64,000 nucleotides of DNA, from NCBI GenBank assembly GCA_033442325.1, contig JAWQFM010000011.1, positions 1,075,162 to 1,139,161 of the forward strand. Direction: 5' to 3'. A program made the position numbers and the translations under genes. Numbering within the stretch: position 1 is the first letter of the stretch; the number at the start of each line of letters is the position of its first letter. A model generated the notes under the pieces. The model searched no databases. It saw nothing but the letters and a program-made list of their open reading frames with translations, and was not told where the DNA came from. This stretch comes from Salpingoeca rosetta (Eukaryota; Protista; Choanoflagellata). Below are positions 11,626 to 25,454 of this stretch, in pieces.

Positions 11626-11673
<48 letters not shown>

Positions 11674-11798
11674 GACACAGACACAGGCAGAGACATAGAC
11701 AGAGACACATACAGAGACACGCGCACGCACACAGATACACATACAGAGACACGCGCACGCACACAGATACACATACAGAGACATACAGATACATACAG

Positions 11799-11892
<94 letters not shown>

Positions 11893-14711
11893 GGCGCACT
11901 TTGCGGCGACGGGGAGGGGTGCAAATCTGCGAATGACGGGCGCCTGACTCAGCAAATTTGCACGATCGGAGCCCGAATTGGAGGGCCTGGCCTGGAAATG
12001 TGATGCAAGCGGCAGTAGATGGTGACAATGCGTCGTGAGTTGCCCACTATTGGGGCTAGGGCAGGGGGAAAAGAAGAGCTTTGTCATGCGGTGAACAACG
12101 ACAGCCGGTATGATCGCACACACCCAAACACGCATACATACACGCATACATACATACATACATACATACATACATACATACATACATACATACATACATA
12201 CATACATACATACATACATACATACATACATACATACATACATACATACATACATACATACATACACACATACATACATACATACACACACACGCATACC
12301 CACAAGCACGCATACCCACAAGCACATTCACGCGCACACCACAACTGACCTGCTCGTGCATTGGCTTGAGCTGTGTGATGTACCCGAGGAGTGTTGCGCA
12401 GCGGTGATAGGCGGATACGCGCGTGCGATGCAGGTGGGGTGCATACACGTTCATGTCAAACGGGTCAATGTTGTCCGTGCAGCGCTGGATCAAGGTGTCG
12501 TGACCACGAATGCTGGCGTCGTTGGCTGCTGTGTCGCGTGAGTACGCAAACACGTCCGCAAGAAACCGCAGGTCAACCAGCAGCTGAATATATGCGTTCT
12601 GACTCGCGTTCGCCAGGCCGTGAGGTGCCAGTGATGGTGACGGCGACGATGGTGATGAGTGAGGTGTGTCACCTGTACCGCTCGCTCCTCCTTGCTGTTC
12701 CTGGTGTGTCTTGTCATCGTCTGCTCCTTCTTCACCCTTGGCCGATGCAAACAAGTCCATGTACACCTGCACAATCCGTGCATAGAGTGCATTGACAGCG
12801 GCCACGAGTGCATCTGACGGCAGCGTGGACAGGCCGGTTCGCGCAAACTCTGCACACGTGCCCGTGAGACACGTCAGCAGCACCTGCAGGCACACGACGA
12901 TGCGTGTTTGTGTGCCGCAGAGGTCGTGACCGTGTGAGTGAGTGAGTGAGTGAGTGAGTGAGTGAGTGAGTGAGTGAGTGAGTGAGTGAGTGAGTGAGTG
13001 AGTGAGTGAGTGAGTGAGTGAGTGAGTGAGTGAGTGAGTGAGTGAGTGAGTGAGTGAGTGAGTGTGTGTGAGTGGGTGAGTGAGTGAGTGAGTGGGTGAG
13101 TGAGTGAGTGAGTGAGTGAGTGAGTGTGTGTGTGTGTGTGTGTGGGTGAGTGAGTGAGTGGGTGAGTGAGTGAGTGAGTGAGTGAGTGTGTATAAGCGTG
13201 GGCGCATGTTTGAGTACAGAGTAAGTATGTGTGAACATCGAATATGTGTGTGACTCATGAACCCAGCTAGGTGTATATGTTCGCAAACAAACATGTACAT
13301 GCACACAATCTTCCGTGTCCCTCTTTCTGACCTTTGACGGTTGAGAAGGCAGCCTGAAGGTTGACTTGATGGCCTGGCCGTCCTCTGCCTGCTCCGTGAC
13401 ATCGTGCTCCTGCCACGCCGCCATCTCAACCCCAAGGTCGCTCCACTCCAGCCCAAACAGTCCAGCCCTGCAACGATGGCACGGGGTGACGTTGTGGTGA
13501 GTGCTTGCAAGCAAAGTACATCGAAGTTGCTGCGGCAAGAGACATGAAACGCAAGAGAGGTGGAAACCGCACACAAGGATAAATTGCACAGGAAACAAAA
13601 TACGAGAGAGCGCTGGGTGGAGTGAAATAAAAACAATCCAGCCCCCAAGAAGAAGCATTTGAGGTTCGCACCTGAGTTGAGCGAGCTGTGCATCGAGGGT
13701 CCACTGCAACCACGTGTCAAGGAACTGGCACGCGATGCGGTCCAGGCGCTGCTGCAAGGAAACGAGATGTCGGTGGAACTCCGTGTTCTGTTCATGGCAA
13801 CGATGTTGCTCGTGAGGATTTCTGGTAGGGACTTCGGGGAGAGGGCTGGGGCGGATGAGGGACACACAGACACAGAAGAGAACAACAAACAAACAAACAA
13901 ACAAACAAACAAACAAACAAACAAACAAACAAACAAACAAACAAACAAACAAACAAACAAACAAACAAACAAACAAACAAACAAACAACTCAACACTGTG
14001 AGCTGGCGCGACATACTTGCTGTGTGCCCTTGCGTCTCGCGCGTGTGTAATCAGATCTGTTGAAGCGGCGAGCGCGCGCTGCGGATGTGTCGCTGGTGAC
14101 AGGACAGAGCAGCAGCTCCGACACCGCTGGTCTGTCAAGATGAAGGGCCGTGGCACGCACGAGGAGAATTGGGGGGGGGGGGGGCAAAGCGGAGACGTTG
14201 GGTGTGCGCGTGCGTGTGTGTTGTTGTAGGTGTAAGAATTTGGAGTTGAAGCGTATTCAATGGGCTCATGGGTATGGTGAATGGCCCTGTTGGTGGTCAG
14301 GGTGGCGCACGCGCATCCTTCCTTGTCCCTTGTTGCGTTGTGATGGGCAGACAGTACAGGCGCAAGCAGCTTGGGCAACGGCACGAGAAGAGCACACGCG
14401 AAGAAGGCAAAAACGATGCAAAGGCAGGACAACGAGCCCTCCTGCCCTGAACCTTAAGACCACGAGCGTTGTTGGTTGTCATCAGGAGGAGGAAGAAACT
14501 CACGATCGTGCAAGTGTGTGTGCGATGCGGGCGAGAACAACAGCGCGAGTTGCGTCCACGAACTGGGAGCGACCGTTCAATGTCTGCATGTGAACCAACA
14601 GACGCATATGGGGTTGGCATGTGAGGTCGATATTTTGGTTGACAAGGGCTTGGGGGTTTGGAACGATGGTGCGCATTGGCAAGTACGATTGTGATGCAAG
14701 TGACGCACGCA

Positions 14712-14787
<76 letters not shown>

Positions 14788-16393
14788 AACGAATGAGCTC
14801 ATTCACGAAGCAGAGTAAGTAGCGAACTAATTAACCAACGAACGAACGCACTCACAAACGAATTGCCTACCCAGCCAACCAAGCGACACACAACCACAAG
14901 TACTCTGACCCTGTCCTGTTGACCGGTGTCATCGCTGCGAATGGCGAGCGCATCCAGAGATCCGCACAGAGCGCTGATGGTTTCGTGCGTGTGCGTGTGT
15001 ACAAAGCGCCGCACATTGTCGGCGTCTGCGAGAAGATTGAATGGGAGGCGGTCACCGCGTGCCCTCAACGCTTCATACCCGACTGCTTTTGCTGTTGCTG
15101 CTGCTGCTGTTGACGATGCTGATGATGTCGACCCTGTGCGGTGGCCACCGCTGCCTGATGATGATGACGTGTGATGGGCGATGCCTGCGGTGGCGGGGGC
15201 AGCTGGGTCGTCCGTCTGATTGTACGCGGCCACGTGGCGTGCCAGGGTTTGCAGTTGAGCCTCAAAGGCGTGCGTTGCGTCCAGCACCCACGTGTTTGCA
15301 CCCCCGGTGATACGCTGCATGTGCACCTGAAACGCCGTCTTTCCCTGCAGGGCGTGCAAGGTGGCGTCACGCATGGTTCGTGGCGTGTGTCACGAATGAT
15401 TCGTGAGGTGGCGATGTTGGGATAAGCCCTTGGGGTGCCGACGGTGTGGCACGTGCTTGTGCGCTGATTGTGTGGTTGGTCGAGTGCATGCATGCATGCA
15501 ACGAAGAGCAACTGCAAGACAGAATCACACGCGTGCATGTGGACAGTTGATGTGGGTGCATTACCGTAGCCGCTTCGTCCGTATGTGCGTGACCGTCCTC
15601 CAGCACCGCAGCAGCAGCAGCAGCAGCAGTCCCCACTGCTGTGTTTGCATTCATTGCCGCGGCTGGAGCAATACCGAGCAGGGACACGAGGCTGTGCTGC
15701 CTGAAGATCGCGTACGACGCGTCCAGCACATCGAGATGCTGTTCCGGTTGCCCCAGCGGGTTTCGAGCGGCGGCGGTGGCGATGCCCGACTGCGCAGAGC
15801 CAAGCGCTGCAGGTCATGTGGGGCGTGGGGTGATGGAGTAAGTGTGTGTTGTGTCAGTGTTGTGTTGTGTTGTGTTGTGTTGTGTTGTGTCAGTGTTGTG
15901 TTGTGTTGTGTTGTGGTGTGTTGTGTTGCGTTGTATTGTGTTGTGTCAGTGTTGTGTTGTGTTGTGTTGTGTCAGTGTTGTGTTGTGTCAGTGTTGCGTT
16001 GGGTGGGTGTGAGCGTCAACATTGTTAAGGTTCCTCGTTGAGGAAGCGGGTGATGTCACATGAACAACACCCTCAACGCCCTCACTGCACACATCCACAC
16101 GCGGGTAACAGTGTATGAAGGTAGACGAGTGGCATCACGTTCTGGCACCTTGTTGCAGGTGGTCTGTGATGAGAGATTCCACACGGCGGTAGAATGCCTG
16201 CTCATAGCACGCCTCCCACACGCCCGGGCGGTCAGACGCCAGCTCCTATCGTGGCAATGGCGATGTGGCGATGATATGTGGTGGTGTTGATGTGTGGTGG
16301 TGTGGTGGTGTTAATGGCAGCAAGAAGGGAAAACTACGTAAGCATGCAGCTCATTCAGCATCAACAGAGGCCTACGGCGAGAGGCACATGGTC

Positions 16394-16469
<76 letters not shown>

Positions 16470-17224
16470 NNNNNNNNNNNNNNNNNNNNNNNNNNNNNNN
16501 NNNNNNNNNNNNNNNNNNNNNNNNNNNNNNNNNNNNNNNNNNNNNNNNNNNNNNNNNNNNNNNNNNNNNNNNNNNNNNNNNNNNNNNNNNNNNNNNNNNN
16601 NNNNNNNNNNNNNNNNNNNNNNNNNNNNNNNNNNNNNNNNNNNNNNNNNNNNNNNNNNNNNNNNNNNNNNNNNNNNNNNNNNNNNNNNNNNNNNNNNNNN
16701 NNNNNNNNNNNNNNNNNNNNNNNNNNNNNNNNNNNNNNNNNNNNNNNNNNNNNNNNNNNNNNNNNNNNNNNNNNNNNNNNNNNNNNNNNNNNNNNNNNNN
16801 NNNNNNNNNNNNNNNNNNNNNNNNNNNNNNNNNNNNNNNNNNNNNNNNNNNNNNNNNNNNNNNNNNNNNNNNNNNNNNNNNNNNNNNNNNNNNNNNNNNN
16901 NNNNNNNNNNNNNNNNNNNNNNNNNNNNNNNNNNNNNNNNNNNNNNNNNNNNNNNNNNNNNNNNNNNNNNNNNNNNNNNNNNNNNNNNNNNNNNNNNNNN
17001 NNNNNNNNNNNNNNNNNNNNNNNNNNNNNNNNNNNNNNNNNNNNNNNNNNNNNNNNNNNNNNNNNNNNNNNNNNNNNNNNNNNNNNNNNNNNNNNNNNNN
17101 NNNNNNNNNNNNNNNNNNNNNNNNNNNNNNNNNNNNNACCGCACGCAATAGCTGTGGGGGAGTGTAAGGCGCGCGCGCGTGTGTGTGTATGTATGTTTGA
17201 GGGTGAAGGCGTGTGTGCATGTTT

Positions 17225-17269
<45 letters not shown>

Positions 17270-18393
17270 GGCGTGTGTGTATGTGACGGGTAAGTGCGTG
17301 TGTGTTGTGTGTGGGGCAGCTGAGGAAAGGCGCTGTGCGGTTGTGACGCTGTGAGAAGAGCAAGGGAGTCTGATACGACAGGTGTGCGTCACAGCTCACC
17401 GCCTGCAACTTGCTGTTATCGCCACCACTGGTGCTCTGTCGCGTGTCGGCAATCGCAGACGCGCGGGCAGAGAGGAAGCGGTCCAGGAGCTGAAGATAGC
17501 ACCGTACAGGTGATGGCGATGGTGGCGAAGGTGGCGATGGTGGTGGTGGTGGTGGTGTTGGTGAGTGTGTGAGGGTGATGAATACATGAACAACTGCGAG
17601 CACACACATAAGTGTGCACATCAACATACACACGCACGCACGCTTGCAAGCACGCACGCACGCTCGCTCGCACGTGTGGGACGCTGTCATCACATATGGA
17701 GTGGGCGCGTTGGCCGTTGCTTACGGTGGCTGTTGAGCACTGGGAGAGGAGGTGTGTTGCTGCCAGGGCGGCGCTTGTCTGCTGCTGTGGGGAATCGACA
17801 CTGCTCAGCACACGTGCGCTCGCTTGTTGGATGCTCTGATTGTGATGGATGTGGGTAAGCAATGCGCGGAGACTGACTGTGAGTGGTTGGTGCACTCACG
17901 GGGCTGACGCGACACAGCCGCAGCATAACATGTACTTGTGTATGTGCATCATGTGTGTGTATGTGTATGTATGTATGTATGTATGTATGTATGTATGTAT
18001 GTATGTATGTATGTATGTATGTATGTATGTATGTATGTATGTATGTATGTATGTATGTATGTATGTATGTATGTATGTATGTATGTATGTATGTATGTAT
18101 GTATGTGTGTGTGTGGACGGAGGTGGGAAGAGGAGGACAGACAAAGAGGCACTCACCTCTGAGAACTGCGCCATTGTAGTCCAGTGATTGTCGATAATCT
18201 CGCGTGTGTTCACGCGCCTGAGATGAGCATTGATGGCAACACGTGTCGGTGCGCTCACAAAGTAAGTCCACGACAAACCACACACAGGCACACACCCACA
18301 CACACACGCACGTACACATACACGCACACGCACGTACACATACACGCACACCCACAAACACCAGCACGCACGCACACCCACAAACACAAGCAT

Positions 18394-18432
<39 letters not shown>

Positions 18433-19635
18433 TACCCACAAACACAAGCACGCACAACGGCAGGAAATGCACGCGCGTTTCACTGACTTTGAGGACGCGG
18501 ACTGGAGTCGGTGATGCACAAATTGCGCAAAGCGGTACACCATGGCTGCCTGGATAAACTTGTTGTGTTCAAGTGCACTCCACACCTTATACCAGACCAG
18601 AAGCAGAGCAACGGGCGAGTGAACAATGCATGGGTGTTTGCGCGGGTTGGAGAAGTCTTAGTCGGTGGTGTTGAAAAATGGGAAGCAGCACCACACCACG
18701 TCGAACACGTGTAGTCCCCAAAGACAGACAGACACGCAGACAGAGAGACAGACAGACAGATAGACAGACAGACATATGACACGTACACACACACAGACAT
18801 ACACGACACGTACACATACACACACATACACACGTCACGTACACAAACGCACCTTCTCTGGCGCGTCCATGAGGATCTTCATCTGGATCGCGATGCGGTA
18901 CTCGCCAACTTCAGACTCGTCCACTTCCGGCTGATATGCCAACCGCTGCCGAAACTCAGACACCTGGTGCAATGAGGCAATGGGAACACAGGGGCAGTGA
19001 AGGAAGTGTTTGTTGACCGTTTTGTGGCTGCTTGTGGCTGCTTGTTGCTGCTTGTGGAGCAGCAGTGCAATGCGTATGCCTCATTCCACGAACGCACAGC
19101 AAGAGCAAAACACACTCGCGTGTTTGCAAATCCACACCGACACGGCATGTGCACACGGACCGAGAGCCATTTGGATCGAATGGAGGAGACGCAGCTGCTT
19201 GTGTGGCGCGTCAGTTCCGCCATGCGCACAATGCTGTCAGCGGCATCGATAAAGTCCCGGTACTTCCCTCTGTGCAGTTGGAGGCAATGGCATTCAACAT
19301 CAACGCGTCAGCTTGCAGCAAGAAGCGAGGGCAATTGCAACGACGAGCGAGTGGGAGGAAGGAGCCGCGAATGGTATTGTGCGTGCGTTCGTGTAGGAGC
19401 TGTTGACGCTTGCCGGCTGCACTCACCCCACAAGATGTCTGAGCTCCCGCTTCTTTCCAGAGATTTCTTCTCTGCAATTTGAGGCAGCGAGCATGTATCA
19501 ATGGGCGAAAGGTAAGTGGGACCTTCAACAGCTCACAGTGACAAAACGTTCGTCCAGCGCACAAGATAGCATGCACACCACAGCACGTACGCTCGAAAAT
19601 GCATTGGCACACAACAATACGAATCCACACACGAG

Positions 19636-19686
<51 letters not shown>

Positions 19687-19949
19687 ACACATACACACAC
19701 ACACGAGCCCACACACCTTCACATACACACACGACACAGACCTGGTTTTTGTCTCCCACTTCTTGATGGCGTCCACAGACTTTTTCCTGAACAACAGGTC
19801 TGCCCGCTTCTCCCAGTCCACTTGCTCATCATCCCCTGCAAAGCGACAGCATGTGAGAACCAGTGAGGGTGGGGGAATGTCATTTGACAAGTCAAGCGCG
19901 CACACATGTACTTAAACACACACCGTCACACACCTTTGTCGTCTGCCAT
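11011..19949 (-). CDS. COG1: Conserved oligomeric Golgi complex subunit 1 (Vps51-type N-terminus), multi-exon, interrupted by an assembly gap
   Basis: MADDK|..ADLLFRKKSVDAIKKWETKTREEISGKKRELRHLVGGKYRDFIDAADSIVRM; QMKILMDAPEK/WSALEHNKF; C-terminal YIQLLVDLRFL..IDPFDMNVYAPHL, all matching recalled COG1 motifs. Last exon and stop (11011) are less certain. Confidence 0.85.
12145..12265. repeat. (TACA)n microsatellite, COG1 intron
   Basis: Direct read. Confidence 0.95.
12934..13188. repeat. (GAGT)n compound microsatellite, COG1 intron
   Basis: Direct read. Confidence 0.95.
13884..13989. repeat. (AAAC)n microsatellite, COG1 intron
   Basis: Direct read. Confidence 0.95.
16470..17137. other. Assembly gap (668 N) inside COG1, flanked by (GT)n
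   Basis: Run of N. Confidence 0.99.
17959..18104. repeat. (TATG)n microsatellite, COG1 intron
   Basis: Direct read. Confidence 0.95.
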
Positions 19950-20034
19950 CTTGGGTGTTGTCGTTGTAGAGAACTCTCAATAACTTCAACCACTTTTCCC
20001 AACTTGCACCACCAAAGAAGACAACAAACCAGCA

Positions 20035-20099
20035 ATGGCTGAGGAGGATGTTGTGTTGGGGTTGAACAGCCAAGTGTTTGACTTTGGCATCTTGCCCCA

Positions 20100-20147
<48 letters not shown>

Positions 20148-20640
20148 TGTCTGTGTGTGTGTGTGTGTCTGTGTGTGAGCGTGTGTGTCTGTGTCTGTGT
20201 CTGTGTGTGTGTGTGTGTCTGTGTCTGTCTGTGTGTGTGTGTGAGCGCATTTGTGTATTTGTGCGCATTTGTGTCTTTACTGCCGTTGCTTGCGTCGCAA
20301 CTGATGATGTTGTTGTTGTTGGCGACGTCCGTCGTTCACTTGTCTTGTAGGCGTTGGTAGACCTTGCGCAGCTGGGGCGTGCAAAGCCCAGTCAGGATCC
20401 ACGCCGCAAACGCATCGTGCTCAAGTGCGTTGATGCTTGCACATGAGCTTCACTTGGTGATGCGTGGTTGCTTTCCCGCAATCAAACACAACCCCGCGTC
20501 GGCTCATCCATGACCATCCTGTGCTACTTGTGCTTGGCGTGACCAGCTACGCCGACTGGAAAGAATGGGCATGCGAGGAAGGCAACATGAACCTCTCCCC
20601 AGAGCTGGCCTGGGTGTAAGCTCCTTGTGTGGTGTCTGTG

Positions 20641-20673
<33 letters not shown>

Positions 20674-21370
20674 AGCCTGCAGACGCGGGCATCGTGCTGC
20701 CGCTACTGCTCCCGTTGGCACCCCACATATCGGCTGATGGCTGCCCGTGTGCTTTTATCGCTCAAGGTACTTTGAGACATTTGACCTCATCTCGGAGCCT
20801 GGGAGCGCACATCGGCTCAAGCTGACACAAAAGGAACAGAAGCAACAGACGTCCGAGGGCATCGGTACGCACAAGGTCAACTGTGGTATCAGCCATCAAT
20901 ATCGCTTGCTCAGCACACGAACATACAAGCAGTTGCCCACTCATGACTCATGTTTGTGTATATTGACGCCCCTGTGTGCCAATGGAGCAGAGAAGCTGCG
21001 AAGCAAGATCCACGTACCAATGATCGAGTTTCTGCTCTTCCTCTTTATCCAGGTGTGTGAGTGAGTGTGTGTGTGTGAATGAATGAGAGAGTGTGTGTGT
21101 ATCTGTGTGTGTGTGTGTGTGAGTGTATTTGTGTGTGTGAGTGAGTGTATCTGTGTATCTGTGTGTGTGTATTTTGGTTTGTCGATTGGGTATTTGTCAG
21201 TGACCATGTCCATGCTGTTGCATCCCATGCCCACCGCTGTCGTGTGTTCACTGTTGTCGTCACCAGCACTATGGGCGGGCCAACTTCAAAACCATCGACC
21301 ACACCGAGGAATTGCCACCAGCCCTCTCCTCCCCCGAGTTGAAGGAAACATGTGCGTAAGCCCACGTGTG

Positions 21371-21417
<47 letters not shown>

Positions 21418-21701
21418 TGCATGATCTTGTGTCATTGCCGTTGATGTCTTTGCGTGTGCTGAAGCACACCTTCTGTTGTCCACTGGCGCTTACCGTGACC
21501 CCTGTGGTGGTACCTTGCATCAGATGTGTATCACATTACGTCACTGAAACGGGCGCGGTTGAAGTTCTTGCGTCATCACATGGAGGATATCATCTCGCTA
21601 CTCCTCCACCTCGGTAGACAATGGATGTGCATGTGTTTTAATGTGTGTTTCAGTGTTTGTATCTGTGACGACGCTGTATCTGCTGCTGGATTATCAGCTC
21701 A

Positions 21702-21748
<47 letters not shown>

Positions 21749-22956
21749 GCACGCACGCACGCACACATACACATGCACACACACACATGCACACAACACA
21801 CCACGTGCCCTCCCCCTCTCCTTCTCATCACGATGGAAGAGTCGTATCGGCGGTGGTCGGTGAGCGGGCGGCCGGAGCAGGAGATCCGGGTGCCGGCTGC
21901 ACACGTGATGGCCCTGGACTGGCTCATCAGGGTCGAGGGCGCATACCGCCCCTTCAGTCAGGTGCTGTTGGTCGTGGTCGTGGTGTTGAAGAGGGGGCTT
22001 CTGTTGCATGGGTGGCGGAGTTATTGTTTGCAAAGGCTGGTTAGAATGCGTGTGCTTGTGGTATGCCATGCTAACGCTGTATGCTGTACACGATGGCATT
22101 GATTGATGGCTCACGCTGTTTTGCATTGGTGCTTGTTTGCTGACCAGGTTGTGCTGGACCAACAGCACCACCGTGCAACCGGATACTCAAAGGTACAGAA
22201 AGAGGGGGTGTGATGTTTGTTCCATGCGGTCATTGTCCTCTCCAAACACACACATGCACACACACATGCACGCACACACGCATGCACACACTCACACATA
22301 TGCACATGCACACACGTACGCACACACGCATGCACAAACGCACGCACACACTGTCACACCCTCTCCTTTGGCATTGTATTTTCAGATCACCGAGACGTTT
22401 GTGATGTCCGCTTTGCTGACGTGGGTGCGCGACCGGCTCGTTCTTCCGCCACCGGCGGTTTTGTCCGAAGCGAAACCGCTGATATGTGTGGATGAGGAGA
22501 CGGGTCCTGCTGTCCTCGCCAGGCTCTCCCGCACCACGCAACTGGTTGGGGACGCGCGTAACTTGAATATTGTATACTGTGTGTTGTGTTTTGTGTGTGT
22601 GTGTGTGTGTGTGTGTGCACGCTGTCCACAAGTAGTTTTTGCATCGCCCTCACGTGGACACCTCACCTCAACCTCCCCTACCCTCTCCCCCTCTCCTTTC
22701 CTTCCTTCCTTCCTTCCTTTCGTCGTCAGTGGGAAGAGAGTCGGCTGCGCATGCGGGATGTGCACATCAGCAAATGCTCCGTCACCATCCTCTACATCCT
22801 CGCCCCTCTCCGGTCAGTTCCACCTGAGGTGATTGGTTCCCAATACGCACGCACATGCACACGCACACATGCACACACACGCACACTCACACACATGGAT
22901 GTCATCCATCAACTACCCTCTCTCCCCCCGCCACGCCTCACCTGTGTCTTATTGCC

Positions 22957-22990
<34 letters not shown>

Positions 22991-23251
22991 TTGCCACAGC
23001 CACGTGTGGATCGACGAGTGTGTGCGGTGTACGGTTGTGCTCGGCCCCGTTGCGGGCGTCCTCCACATTAGCAACTCCCGCAGATGCACCGTCGTCGCGC
23101 CCTGTGTCCGATTCATGGCCAGGTAGAGAGAGTGTGTGTGTATGGTATGAGAGGGGGAGACAGCAGTCAGAGTCGCGCAATTCATGTGTTTATGCACTGT
23201 GTATTGGTCCTCTCACACATGTCATATTTGACATGGACGACCATGTACATC

Positions 23252-23341
<90 letters not shown>

Positions 23342-24717
23342 GACGCCTATGACCCGCTTCCCTTCATTGCTTTTTTTTTTTTTTCATGGTGGATTGAAGG
23401 TCCGTCGCTGACACGACAGCGCATTTGTGCACGAACACGCGCCCGCTGCTGCTGGACAGCACGCAGGATCTTACTTTGGTGAGGTGACGCATTGGGGGCT
23501 GTGTGCTTTGCACATGATGACCGTTGCGAACGCAAACAACCGCATCACACTTGTTGCTGTTTCTCTCACACCCAAACACGGTCAGCCTCATGCTCGCACT
23601 TCGTCACACTCACACACTCGTGTTTGCAACTTTGGGGCACGCGTGTTCCCCGCTGCCCGTGTAACTTGTTTTGATTGACGACAGGCGCCTTATCACACGT
23701 TCTATGGCGCCCTCGGGCGGCATTTAGAAGAAGCAAGGATTCTGCCAACACGAAACTTGTGGAACCATCCCATCCGCATCAGCCCCTCAGGTGATCCTTG
23801 CAGTCGCATTCGAGCATGAGAATACGCATGGTTCTTTAGCCAAGACATGTTTGCAAATGAGCGCGCGCGCACACACACACACATGCACACACACACACAC
23901 ACACACACATACACTCACACGTTCGCTCACGCACACATACACACGCACGCACGCATTCACGCACACAGGGTGGCAGCCTGCTGACACGAATCTGCTCGAC
24001 CCACAAGATCTGTGTCCATTCGTGATTCCATTTGACGTGCCAGGCGACACAGTGGTGAGTTCGATGTGGGCGATGCCGGCGTGTGTTCATGTGAGTGAGC
24101 GAACGCATGAGTGACGTTTGACTTGCTTGCTCATCGTGTGCCGAAATGCACCGCATGCACACACTACCTGACACACACACGCGCACACGCTTGCACACTT
24201 ATGCACGTGCACCCTCACTCGGACATGCATTGGACGGCTTTGCCTGCAGGCAAATCCTTGTGCACTGTCGCCGGCATATGAGCGGGGAATGCTGGACAAC
24301 ATCGAGTTTGTAGACCAGCTCAAAGGCCGCCTCCGCAGCGCACAAGGTGCATTGGCGAACGTGTCACTGCTGTCGTTGCTTGTAGTGGTGCCTGTTTGCG
24401 CTGCATTCGGTTGTTGCTTACGTTGTTGCTTGAGTGTTGTCGCTGTTGTAATTCATCGTTGTTCCTGTTGCTCATTCACGATTGTGCGTCCGCGTTGCCT
24501 GCAGATCGTGATGACATTCCTCAAGAAACGGTACAACAGTTTGAGCACAGCATGCATGCCGCGTTCCTGGTAAGTCATTGCCTCGTGTGTGGGTTCTGTG
24601 GCAGTGACATGCGGGGCGATGTTGAATACCGCCACACATACGCACGCGCGCCCACATGGCATGCAATGCACAACACAACACGCCATGTACACGCAATGTA
24701 CACGCAACTCACACACA

Positions 24718-24750
<33 letters not shown>

Positions 24751-25152
24751 GCACACACACACGTAAACTTACACGCAACCCACCCACACGCAACCCACCC
24801 ACACGCACGCACGCACGCACACACGCACACACACGCACACACACGCACGCACGCACGCACGCGCGCGTGTACTTTGTAGGAGTGGCTGATGTACACAAAG
24901 AGGTTGCGGCAGGTGCATGACCTAAACACGACGGGCAGCAGGCCTGCGTCGGCTCTGAGTTCGGCGGATCACATCACCAACCAGCCACAGCACAGCAGTA
25001 ACCACAGCTTACACAGCTCCTTCAGCATCCAGAGCAGACAACCCTCCAATGATGACCTCCCACCACCGTCACAGCAGCAGCAGCAGCAACAACAACAACA
25101 ACAAGCGGGGCTGACTCTGAGCTTATCCTCAGACAAGGAGTTGCCAAAGTAG
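20035..25152 (+). CDS. TBCCD1: TBCC domain-containing protein 1 (centriole/Golgi positioning), many short exons
   Basis: MAEEDVVLGLNSQVFDFGILP; YADWKEWACEE..ELAW/YFETFDLIS; EFLLFLFIQ; TBCC beta-helix DVHISKCSVTILYILAPLR..VWIDECVRCTVVLGPV; TRPLLL..APYHTFY..NLWNHP; PFVIPFDVPGDT; FL/EWLMYT..QVHDL; stop TAG 25150-25152. Confidence 0.88.
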
Positions 25153-25454
25153 TTCGCTTGTTCAAAATGTGATGGTGATGGGCGAATGAATTACATAAAA
25201 TACATTTAACCACACCTCTTTCATGTCATTTTCAATCCCAAAACTGATTGTGGCACACACGAAAGCACAAGAAATGCTGAGTCACAGTGTCATCAGCACC
25301 CCAGCACTGCTTCGCCGCCCACACAGACTCACTTCTTTCCAGCTTTCCTCCTTCCTCCTCCTCACCCTGAGGGTTGCCCTCAAGCCGAGAAACTCACCCA
25401 CCACTCCCTCACTCCCAGAAGCCTCTTGGCCTTGTTTCCTCCAAACCAGGCACT

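Noticed and set aside
16265-17693. Long ORFs containing X runs
   Set aside because: Artefacts of the N gap.
19957-19975. Possible RFX X-box (GTTGTC..GAGAAC) upstream of the centriolar gene TBCCD1
   Set aside because: Only half-site matches; spacing does not fit the 13-14 bp palindrome.
25374-25454. ORF-track start (TTG) of the 1081-aa ORF
   Set aside because: Non-ATG; ATG 25455 precedes the signal peptide and is the plausible eukaryotic start.
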